Shown here piece after piece: positions 15,669 to 22,639 of a stretch of DNA of 31,445 nucleotides. Both the position numbers and the translations under genes were made by a program. The notes below the pieces were generated by a model, which saw only the letters and a program-made list of their open reading frames with translations, was not told where the DNA came from and did not search any database. The first letter of the stretch is position 1; each line of letters opens with the position of its first letter. Origin of the DNA: an uncultured Gemmatimonadota bacterium (GTDB lineage: Bacteria; SM23-81); contig CAZOYL010000016.1 in NCBI GenBank assembly GCA_964584035.1, positions 1 through 31,445 on the forward strand. Reading direction: 5' to 3'.

Positions 15669-15717
15669 CTGCTATCACCACCTCTCTCCGTCGATATTGC
15701 TGTGCTGCAAACCATCC

Positions 15718-15790
15718 AAAAAAAAGCGAGGATCTAAACTTCTGATCCTCGCCATATCGTCTTTTGGGGTCGATCGCACAGGAAACAGAA
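15718..15790 (-). promoter_or_regulatory. Conserved csp 5' leader with a terminator-like hairpin
   Basis: - strand GCGAGGATC-loop-GATCCTCGC-T8. A 21-nt block (15770-15790) is identical to 21570-21590. Confidence 0.7.
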
Positions 15791-15813
15791 CTAACGTATC
15801 TACATCTTTTTTA

Positions 15814-15842
15814 AATATATCTTATTTTTTCCCAAAAGTCAA
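15814..15842 (-). promoter_or_regulatory. Sigma70 promoter of csp copy 1
   Basis: TTGACT-N17-TATATT on the - strand; the same hexamers and spacing occur before copy 2. Confidence 0.8.
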
Positions 15843-16035
15843 GAGTTATTTGTTCCCCACCGTAAATTTCATCCCGCCCCCTGGTGATGATTTCATCCCC
15901 AGGGAGGTCTGCCTTTAGCGCCGGGGAAGACATTCCCGGCGGGTGATGGCCTCGGCTTGCCGTTTTACGGATACCGGTTACCAGAGTATCGACGCTCGAT
16001 TCCCGAACCCCTTTTCTCTCAACACAGGAGTCCTC

Positions 16036-16143
16036 ATGAAAATTCGCGTCAGCACCATTCTCGGCATCGTTCTCATCCTGATCGGTATCTGGTCGCTGCT
16101 CCGGGGGGCCGGCCGCCTTATGATATCGCCATATTGTTCTTGA
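16036..16143 (+). CDS. 35-aa single-TM peptide or truncated membrane-gene remnant
   Basis: AGGAG RBS 5 nt before the ATG; MKIRVSTILGIVLILIGIWSLL. Confidence 0.4.
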   Translation: MKIRVSTILGIVLILIGIWSLLRGAGRLMISPYCS

Positions 16144-16168
16144 CAACCCGCGAAAATTGTGATATTCT
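16140..16168 (+). promoter_or_regulatory. Sigma70 promoter for the PepSY gene
   Basis: TTGACA-N17-TATTCT with a TG extension. Confidence 0.65.
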
Positions 16169-16229
16169 ATCTTTGTGGTCGTCTTTTTCACAGTCTTTCA
16201 CTGCTCACCGGATAGGTGAACATGAGGAG

Positions 16230-16727
16230 ATGGAGATCTTGAAGACAAGACACATCATCCTGGTCATCTCGATTCTGGCCATATCAACAATGTTCCTGTG
16301 GAGCTGCGCCCAGCAAGAGGGATCGAGCTCCGATTCGGTCGTCAATGCCAGGGGCAGCGGTCCGGACGGCACCGATGAAGAGTGCAGCATCACCGTCCCC
16401 GAGCCGGAGCCGGAGGATCTCTCCTCCCTGGCCCTGATCACGGCCGAGCAGGCCCGGGACGCGGTCCTGGCCGCCTATCCCGGCGCTACCGTCACCGAGG
16501 TGGAACTGGACAACGAGAACGGCTGCCTAGTTTATAGCATAGAACTGGGCGGCGATCTGGATGTCAGGGTCGACGCCGGAAACGGCGTCATCCTGGGCAT
16601 CGAGTCGGATGAGGACGGCGAACACGAGGACGAAGGGGACGTGGACGACGACGAGGATCATCATGACGATGACGAAGATAACGACGAAGAAGATGAAGAC
16701 GACGACGATGGCGGGGGAGGGAAGTAA
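16230..16727 (+). CDS. PepSY-domain lipoprotein with an Asp/Glu/His-rich tail
   Basis: Lipobox-like LWSC, PepSY motif ITAEQA...VTEVELDNENG..VYSIEL...VRVDAGNGVIL, and an acidic C-terminus. Start is 16230 or TTG 16239. Confidence 0.82.
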   Translation: MEILKTRHIILVISILAISTMFLWSCAQQEGSSSDSVVNARGSGPDGTDEECSITVPEPEPEDLSSLALITAEQARDAVLAAYPGATVTEVELDNENGCLVYSIELGGDLDVRVDAGNGVILGIESDEDGEHEDEGDVDDDEDHHDDDEDNDEEDEDDDDGGGGK

Positions 16728-16743
16728 ACGCGCTTGATCCTAT

Positions 16744-16784
16744 GGGGGGATGGCGAGGATGATCCGCCGTCCCCCCTTTTTTTT
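16744..16784 (+). terminator. Intrinsic terminator
   Basis: GGGGGGATGGCG...CGCCGTCCCCCC followed by T8. Confidence 0.9.
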
Positions 16785-16801
16785 GGTGTTTCAGAAAGGC
16801 G

Positions 16802-16829
16802 TTGACATCGCGCCAAAGCATATTATAAT
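16802..16829 (+). promoter_or_regulatory. Consensus sigma70 promoter
   Basis: TTGACA-N16-TATAAT. Confidence 0.75.
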
Positions 16830-16942
16830 TGTGTATGGAAGGATAAACCACGGTTTTCAGCTGACGGCCGGCAAAACTCACGGCCGGATGGTAAGATGAA
16901 AAGCAGCTCCCTTTCGCTCTTTTTCCTCTGGAGGAAATCATC

Positions 16943-17644
16943 ATGACAGGCAAAACGCCCTTTTGGCTGCCGGCCATAGGGCTGGCACTGCTTCTTACCG
17001 TTTGCGGACGGTCGGGGGAGGATCAGAAGGCCTACCATCCCCGGATCGATCCGGCCCGCTTCGTATCCGGTGTGGACAACGAGTACTTTCCCCTGGTTCC
17101 CGGGGCCAGCTACTTCTACGAACAGGCCGGCGGCGGGGAGCGGGTGGAGGTGACCGTTCTCGATCAGACCCGTCAGGTCATGGGCGTCACCTGCGCGGTG
17201 GTGCTCAGCCGTGAATATCAGGGCGACGAGCTGATCGAGGAGACCTGGGACTGGTACGCCCAGGATGCCGACGGCAGCGTCTGGTACTTCGGAGAAGACA
17301 CGAAAAAATATCATACCGGCGAGATCATCAGCACCGCAGGATCCTGGGAGGCAGGAAAGGACGGCGCCCTGCCGGGCATCATCATGCCGGGCCGTCCTCA
17401 GGTGGGCGACCGCTACCGCCAGGAGTATTATCCGGGACAGGCCGAGGATATGGGCGAGGTGATCGGGCTGAAGGAGACGGCCACGGTCCCCGGAGGCGAT
17501 TACGCCGGCGTGCTGGTGACCCGGGACTGGACGCCCCTGGAGCCCGGCGCCGAGGAGCGCAAGTACTATGCCCCCGGGGTGGGATTGATCCTGGAGGCGG
17601 CAGGCGAAGATCGGGTCGAGCTGGTGCGAGTAACGACAGAGTAA
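16943..17644 (+). CDS. Secreted conserved hypothetical protein, possibly a lipoprotein
   Basis: Signal peptide ending LTVC, motifs DNEYFPLVPG, DWYAQD..GSVWYFGE, KYYAPGVG. GGAGG RBS. Confidence 0.75.
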   Translation: MTGKTPFWLPAIGLALLLTVCGRSGEDQKAYHPRIDPARFVSGVDNEYFPLVPGASYFYEQAGGGERVEVTVLDQTRQVMGVTCAVVLSREYQGDELIEETWDWYAQDADGSVWYFGEDTKKYHTGEIISTAGSWEAGKDGALPGIIMPGRPQVGDRYRQEYYPGQAEDMGEVIGLKETATVPGGDYAGVLVTRDWTPLEPGAEERKYYAPGVGLILEAAGEDRVELVRVTTE

Positions 17645-17671
17645 CATACGTTACAGTTACGGGGGCAAAAA

Positions 17672-18418
17672 ATGGCCTTCCGAGAAGAATTGGAGAAACA
17701 GGGCAAATGGCTTTTCAGATGGCGAAGCTATGTGCCACTGCTTGTTCTTCCAATCGTGTTCATCGCCTTGCGAAATTCGGAATATCTTGAAAACACTTTT
17801 GGAGACACCGCCGATGAGCTTTACGAGGGATTTTGTCTGACACTCTCCTTCAGCGGTCTGATGATCCGCTGTATGACCGTTGGTTACATTCCCAGGGGCA
17901 CATCCGGCAGGAACACTAAGGGACAAAAAGCGGAACGTCTCAATACAACGGGCATGTACGCAATCGTCCGCCATCCGCTGTATTTGGGAAATTTTTTCAT
18001 CTTTTTAGGACTCACATCCTTTCTTCAAGTATGGTGGCTGAGCCTCATCGCCATTCTGGCATTCTTCATTTACTACGAACGTATCCTGTTCACGGAAGAG
18101 GAGTTCTTACGTAAAAAATTTGGGGCAGCATACTTGAATTGGGCCAGCAAAACCCCGGTGTTTTTTCCAAAAGTCAAAAAATGGCAGCAACCGAGTCTGC
18201 CCTTTTCTGTGAGAGCTGTGCTCGCCAGGGAATACTCAAGCTTTTTCGCCATCATCGCCTCCTTCACGTTTCTTGAACTGGCTGGAGATCTGGTGTCCGA
18301 GTCACATTTAGAACTCGATGTGAGCTGGACAATCTTCTTCTCGACGGGATTGGTCATCTATATTGTCCTGAGAATTCTTAAAAAGAAGACCAGAATTTTG
18401 CATGCCGCACAACGGTGA
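17672..18418 (+). CDS. Isoprenylcysteine carboxyl methyltransferase-family membrane methyltransferase (lipid A 1-phosphate methyltransferase LmtA-like)
   Basis: WLFRWRSY.P, GTSGRNT, LNTTGMYAIVRHPLYLGN, EEEFL...FG..Y..W. Lower GC than its neighbours. Confidence 0.82.
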   Translation: MAFREELEKQGKWLFRWRSYVPLLVLPIVFIALRNSEYLENTFGDTADELYEGFCLTLSFSGLMIRCMTVGYIPRGTSGRNTKGQKAERLNTTGMYAIVRHPLYLGNFFIFLGLTSFLQVWWLSLIAILAFFIYYERILFTEEEFLRKKFGAAYLNWASKTPVFFPKVKKWQQPSLPFSVRAVLAREYSSFFAIIASFTFLELAGDLVSESHLELDVSWTIFFSTGLVIYIVLRILKKKTRILHAAQR

Positions 18419-18481
18419 TCGATCGGCCGGTCGATTATATTGGAGCTTGAGGCGCGGTTTTAAAAGAACGGGGGCTTTGAC

Positions 18482-18799
18482 ATGAAACGGTCATATCGCC
18501 GTTCCCTCGCGCTGCTGGCGGGAGCTGTTATTTTCGGCCTCTCCGCGAATGCCGCCGCTCAGGACGATCCGCCCCATTACCTGCAGGACAGCGGCACCGG
18601 GGTGCCGTTGTCCATGTTCGGCACCTACATCGAGCCCGGCCTGGGCGACGTGGAGGGCACACAGGACGAGCTCGAGCTGATCAACGACCTGCAGTTCCGT
18701 ATCAGCTCGAATGCCTTTATCCGCATCAACAACGCCTTCGGAGTGACCTCCAAGGCCACCGACTGGGCCCCTGAGGTGGGGGTGCTGTTTCACTTCTAA
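18482..18799 (+). CDS. Short secreted protein with an outer-membrane-type C-terminus, probably internally deleted
   Basis: Signal peptide ending AAA-Q and C-terminal VGVLFHF; too short for a beta-barrel. Confidence 0.55.
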   Translation: MKRSYRRSLALLAGAVIFGLSANAAAQDDPPHYLQDSGTGVPLSMFGTYIEPGLGDVEGTQDELELINDLQFRISSNAFIRINNAFGVTSKATDWAPEVGVLFHF

Positions 18800-18825
18800 C
18801 AACCTGGCACACTGAAGGAATCCCT

Positions 18826-19605
18826 GTGGACATCCTGGAAAACAAGGCCCAATGGCAAAGCACCTACCGGGATACGTTCCTGGCGCACTATCATCAAACC
18901 GGGGCTCTGGATTGGAAGCTCTACCCCCATCCCCGGAACAGCCAGGCGCCGCCCGGGCCGGGGGTGGACCTGTCGACCAGCCGGCTGATGCTCATCTCAT
19001 CGGCCGGAGGGTATCTGGCCGGCGGGCAGGAGCCCTTCGATGCCGCCCATCCTCTGGGCGACTATACCCTGCGCCTGATCCCGCGGGCGACACCGCCGCA
19101 GGCCATCGTTTTCTCGCACGATCACTACGACCATGCCGCGGTCGATCAGGATCCCCAGGTGCTGATGCCGCTGGGTCATCTGGAGGACCTGGCCAGGGAG
19201 GTCCTGATCGGCGATCTATCCCCCTCGGTCGTCAGTTTCATGGGCTATCAGCCCGACGTCGCCCGGGTGGTCGACGAGCTGATCCCGCCGATTCTGGAGA
19301 TCGCCAAAACCGAGCGGATCGCCGCCGCCCTGCTGATCCCCACCTGACCGCTGTGCTGTCAGTCCGTGGGACTGATCGCCCGGGCGCTGGAGCTGGCCGG
19401 CATGGCCGCCGCGATCGCCAGCAACAACCCCGGCCGCACCCGGATCACGGCGCCGCCGCGGGTGACCTTCACCAGGCTGCCGCGGGGATCCACGATGGGA
19501 CGCCCCGGCGATACGGCTCAGCAGCGCCGGATCCTGGAGGCCACCCTGGAATTGCTGGGTCAGGAGGCGCCGCTGAAGCCGGTGTACCTGGATGAGCCGG
19601 CATGA
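18826..19605 (+). CDS. Selenoprotein, GrdB/PrdB (glycine/proline reductase selenoprotein B) family; Sec at TGA 19345-19347 (codon 174 of 259)
   Basis: ORFs 18826-19347 and 19366-19605 are in the same frame. Read-through gives LLIPT-U-PLCCQSVGLIARALE (UxxC). The N-terminal part has LISSAG, GD.T.R.IP, HYD...D....PL. SECIS-like hairpin downstream. Confidence 0.88.
19359..19375 (+). promoter_or_regulatory. Putative bacterial SECIS element
   Basis: TCAGTCC-GTG-GGACTGA, a perfect 7-bp stem starting 11 nt after the TGA, with GU at the apex. Confidence 0.75.
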
Positions 19606-19641
19606 AAGAACGGCCATCCGATCCGGAGCAGGAGGTGGAAC

Positions 19642-20376
19642 ATGCTGAAGGAAATTCTCACACTGGCCCTCATCATAGGCCTGACGGTCCCGGCAATGGC
19701 CCAGGAGACATTCGAGACCGACACGATGATGACATCCATGGGCGATCTGACCATCACCTTCATCGGCCACGGAACCCTGTTCTTCACTTTCGGCGCGAAG
19801 GTCATTCATGTCGATCCCTGGACACAGCTGGCCGACTACTCCCAGCTGCCACCGGCGGACCTGATCATGATCACTCACGAGCACCGTGACCATCTCGATC
19901 CTGCGGCGATCGAGGCGATCCGCACCGACAGCACGGTGATCGTGCTTGCCGAGCTGTGTGCCGAACAGGTCTCCGGCGGCATCATTATGAAGAATGGGGA
20001 TGTTGACACGGTTCAAGGAATACCTGTCGAGGCCGTGGCGGCCTACAACATCGTTCACAAACGCCAGAGCGGTCAACCCTATCATCCCCCCGGCATCGGC
20101 AACGGTTACATTCTGACCTTCGGCGACCTGCGGGTCTATGTGGCCGGCGACACCGAGAATATTCCTGAGATGAAGATCCTTGAGGACATCGATGTGGCCT
20201 TTCTGCCCATGAACCTGCCCTATACCATGACGCCGGAAATGGTGGCCGATGCGGCCGGGGCTTTCCGGCCGAGGATCCTGTATCCCTATCATTACAGCGA
20301 TACCGATACCGACGAGATCTTGGAACAGCTGAAGGATTCCCCGGAGATCGAGGTTCGAATCAGACAGATGCAATAG
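19642..20376 (+). CDS. Secreted MBL-fold metallo-hydrolase
   Basis: Signal peptide (AMA-Q), GHGT, VDP, ITHEHRDHLD, YVAGDT, YPYHY. AGGAGG RBS. Confidence 0.9.
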   Translation: MLKEILTLALIIGLTVPAMAQETFETDTMMTSMGDLTITFIGHGTLFFTFGAKVIHVDPWTQLADYSQLPPADLIMITHEHRDHLDPAAIEAIRTDSTVIVLAELCAEQVSGGIIMKNGDVDTVQGIPVEAVAAYNIVHKRQSGQPYHPPGIGNGYILTFGDLRVYVAGDTENIPEMKILEDIDVAFLPMNLPYTMTPEMVADAAGAFRPRILYPYHYSDTDTDEILEQLKDSPEIEVRIRQMQ

Positions 20377-20394
20377 ACGTTTAAGGAGGACCTG

Positions 20395-21204
20395 ATGCAA
20401 TGGGAGGAACTGACGGCCGGTGAGTTCCGGAAGGCCGCGAGGGAAACCGGGGTCTGTGTCATGGCCATGGGCGTCATCGAGAAACATGGTGAACATCTGC
20501 CTCTGGGCACTGACTTTCTGAACGCTCACAGGATCGCCTGCCTGGCCGCTCAGCGGGAACCGGCGGTGGTGTTTCCGTTTTTCTACTTCGGCAAGATCTA
20601 CGAGGCCAGATGCTTTCCGGGCACCATCGCCATAAAACCCGTTCTTCTTCTGGAATTGATCCAGAGCGTCTTCGATGAGATCGGACGAAACGGCTTCGAA
20701 AAGATTGTCATCTACAATGGACACGGCGGCAACGATCACCTCCTGGCCTTTTTGGCGCAATGCAGTTTATGGGAAGAAAAGCCTTATTCTCTCTACCTTC
20801 CCCAAGATCTCCTCGGACCGGAAAGACAAGAGAAATGGAATCGAACGCTGCAAACGGAGGAACACGGTCACGCCTGCGAGTGCGAGACGAGCATTTCCCT
20901 GGCCAACCACGCCCACCTGGTCAAGATGGAGCGGGTCCCGGAACGGCCGGCCACGGCCCTGGGGCGGATGAAGCACCTGCCGCCGACCTTCACAGGCATC
21001 CGCTGGTACAGTAATTATCCGGATCACTATGCCGGAGACGCTCGGACCGCTACGAAGGAGAAAGGCCTTATACTGCAGGAGCTTCTTGTTGATGCCCTGG
21101 CCCAATACCTGGCGGCGGTGAAGGCCGACCAGGTGGTCGCGTCCCTGAAGGAGGAGTTTTTCAGCAGAGTGCGGGACCAATCGACGAACCGGCCCGGAAT
21201 ATAA
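20395..21204 (+). CDS. Creatininase / creatinine amidohydrolase family protein
   Basis: GVIEKHGEHLPLGTD, NGHGGN, HACECETS. Confidence 0.92.
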   Translation: MQWEELTAGEFRKAARETGVCVMAMGVIEKHGEHLPLGTDFLNAHRIACLAAQREPAVVFPFFYFGKIYEARCFPGTIAIKPVLLLELIQSVFDEIGRNGFEKIVIYNGHGGNDHLLAFLAQCSLWEEKPYSLYLPQDLLGPERQEKWNRTLQTEEHGHACECETSISLANHAHLVKMERVPERPATALGRMKHLPPTFTGIRWYSNYPDHYAGDARTATKEKGLILQELLVDALAQYLAAVKADQVVASLKEEFFSRVRDQSTNRPGI

Positions 21205-21238
21205 AAAAGGGCGCCATCTTATTCAGATGACGCCCTTT
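21203..21238. terminator. Terminator between convergent genes, strongest for csp copy 2 on the - strand
   Basis: AAAAAAGGGCGCCATCT-TATTC-AGATGACGCCCTTT. Confidence 0.85.
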
Positions 21239-21271
21239 ATAATTAGCGAACTTTCCGATCATGATCACGGA

Positions 21272-21472
21272 TTATCGCTTGACCACGTTGCTTGCCTGGG
21301 GCCCCTTGGGGCCGTCAGTGATGTCGAACTCAACGAGATCACCCTCGGACAATGACTTGAATCCGTCGCCCTGGATGGCTGAAAAATGAACAAAGACGTC
21401 GTCGCCATCCTCGCGCTCGATAAAGCCGAAGCCCTTGGAATCGTTAAACCACTTCACCTTGCCTTCTGCCAA
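21272..21472 (-). CDS. cspA: Cold-shock protein (CspA family), copy 2
   Basis: RNP1 and RNP2 motifs, 56/66 aa identical to copy 1, TTG start. Confidence 0.97.
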   Translation of the reverse strand: MAEGKVKWFNDSKGFGFIEREDGDDVFVHFSAIQGDGFKSLSEGDLVEFDITDGPKGPQASNVVKR

Positions 21473-21520
21473 CTGTTTTCACCACCTTTCGCCTGCAGAT
21501 ACTCTGCGCTTTGAACTATG

Positions 21521-21590
21521 AAAAAAAGCGAGAATCTCCTTCTGATCCTCGCCTTATCGCCTTTTTCGTTCGATCGCACAGGAAACAGAA
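21521..21590 (-). promoter_or_regulatory. Conserved csp 5' leader with a terminator-like hairpin
   Basis: - strand GCGAGGATC-loop-GATTCTCGC-T7; homologous to 15718-15790. Confidence 0.7.
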
Positions 21591-21613
21591 ACAATAACCG
21601 CTATTCACGAAGA

Positions 21614-21642
21614 AATATACTATTGCTTTTGGGAGAAGTCAA
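21614..21642 (-). promoter_or_regulatory. Sigma70 promoter of csp copy 2
   Basis: TTGACT-N17-TATATT on the - strand. Confidence 0.8.
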
Positions 21643-21714
21643 GCTTTTATTCATAGGATAGAGAAATAATTGCCACCTGCCACGTGTCCCGGCGGCGAAC
21701 GATGAACAGGTGAG

Positions 21715-22425
21715 ATGAACGCAACCGATATCGGCCTGCTGAACGAAAAATCCCTTCACGCCGAGCTGAAGGAGTGGTACGGTCAGCCGGACGACCGGCT
21801 GGAAGCGCCGGTCGATGGATACGTCATCGACATTCTCCGCGGCGATCTGTTGATCGAGATCCAGACGGGGAATTTCTCGCCCCTGAAAAAGAAACTTTCC
21901 CGACTGGTGGAACGTCACCCCGTCAGGCTGGTCTATCCGATCACCGGGGAAAAGTGGATCGTCAAGCTGCCGCGGCGCAGAAAGGACCCTTCCAAACGCC
22001 GCAAGTCGCCTAAACGGGGCGATATCCTGAACCTGTTCGAGGAGCTGGTCAGCTTTCCGGAGCTGCTCTGTCACCGGAACTTCTCCCTGGATGTTCTGTT
22101 GATCCAGGAAGAGGAGGTGCGGCGCTACCGTGGCCGGCGCGGATGGCGCCGGAAGGAATGGGTCACCCAGGAGCGGCGGCTGCTGGGGGTCCTGGATCAG
22201 CAGCTCCTGGAGGGGCCCGGCGACCTGTCCGCCCTGCTGCCGGAGGGCCTGCCGGAATGCTTCACCACATCGGACCTGGCCGACGGCCTGAAACGGCCGC
22301 TGTGGGTGGCCCAGAAGATGGCCTATTGTTTCCGCCGGATGGGCCTGATCAACCTGGTGGGCCGGCGCGGCTGCTCGAATCTTTACACAAACAAGGAGAT
22401 AACGATTGAAGACAGCGATCGATAA
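21715..22425 (+). CDS. Conserved hypothetical protein, putative PD-(D/E)XK nuclease fold
   Basis: E.SLH..LK.WY, YVIDI...LIEIQT (D...ExQ), and a C-terminal winged-helix-like segment. Confidence 0.65.
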   Translation: MNATDIGLLNEKSLHAELKEWYGQPDDRLEAPVDGYVIDILRGDLLIEIQTGNFSPLKKKLSRLVERHPVRLVYPITGEKWIVKLPRRRKDPSKRRKSPKRGDILNLFEELVSFPELLCHRNFSLDVLLIQEEEVRRYRGRRGWRRKEWVTQERRLLGVLDQQLLEGPGDLSALLPEGLPECFTTSDLADGLKRPLWVAQKMAYCFRRMGLINLVGRRGCSNLYTNKEITIEDSDR

Positions 22426-22639
22426 GGAGCGGCGCAAGGAGCTGATCCGTTCCATCAAAACCTATTTCCTCGAGCAGCATGACGAGGAGATCGGCGATCT
22501 GAAGGCCGGCCTCCTGCTGGATTTTTTCGTGGAGACTCTGGGACCCGGGATCTATAACCAGGCCATTAAGGACGCCCAGGCCTACTTTCAGCAGAAAATT
22601 GAGGACCTGGACGGGGTTTGTTTTCAGGCGGAAAAATGA
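22406..22639 (+). CDS. DUF2164-family protein
   Basis: IKTYF......IGDL.A.LLLDFF...LG..IYNQAIKDAQ. AAGGAG RBS, TTG start. Confidence 0.85.
   Translation: MKTAIDKERRKELIRSIKTYFLEQHDEEIGDLKAGLLLDFFVETLGPGIYNQAIKDAQAYFQQKIEDLDGVCFQAEK

Noticed and set aside
16855..16910. c-di-GMP-I riboswitch (GGCAAAC) or hammerhead (CTGA...GAAA)
   Set aside because: Lacks the GAAA-tetraloop stem and GACGCAAAG of c-di-GMP-I, and the hammerhead core CTGANGA is not matched.
19366..19605. Separate 79-aa gene, and likewise a separate gene at 24232-25224
   Set aside because: Both are in-frame continuations past a Sec TGA, lack a convincing RBS, and would split a catalytic motif or fold.
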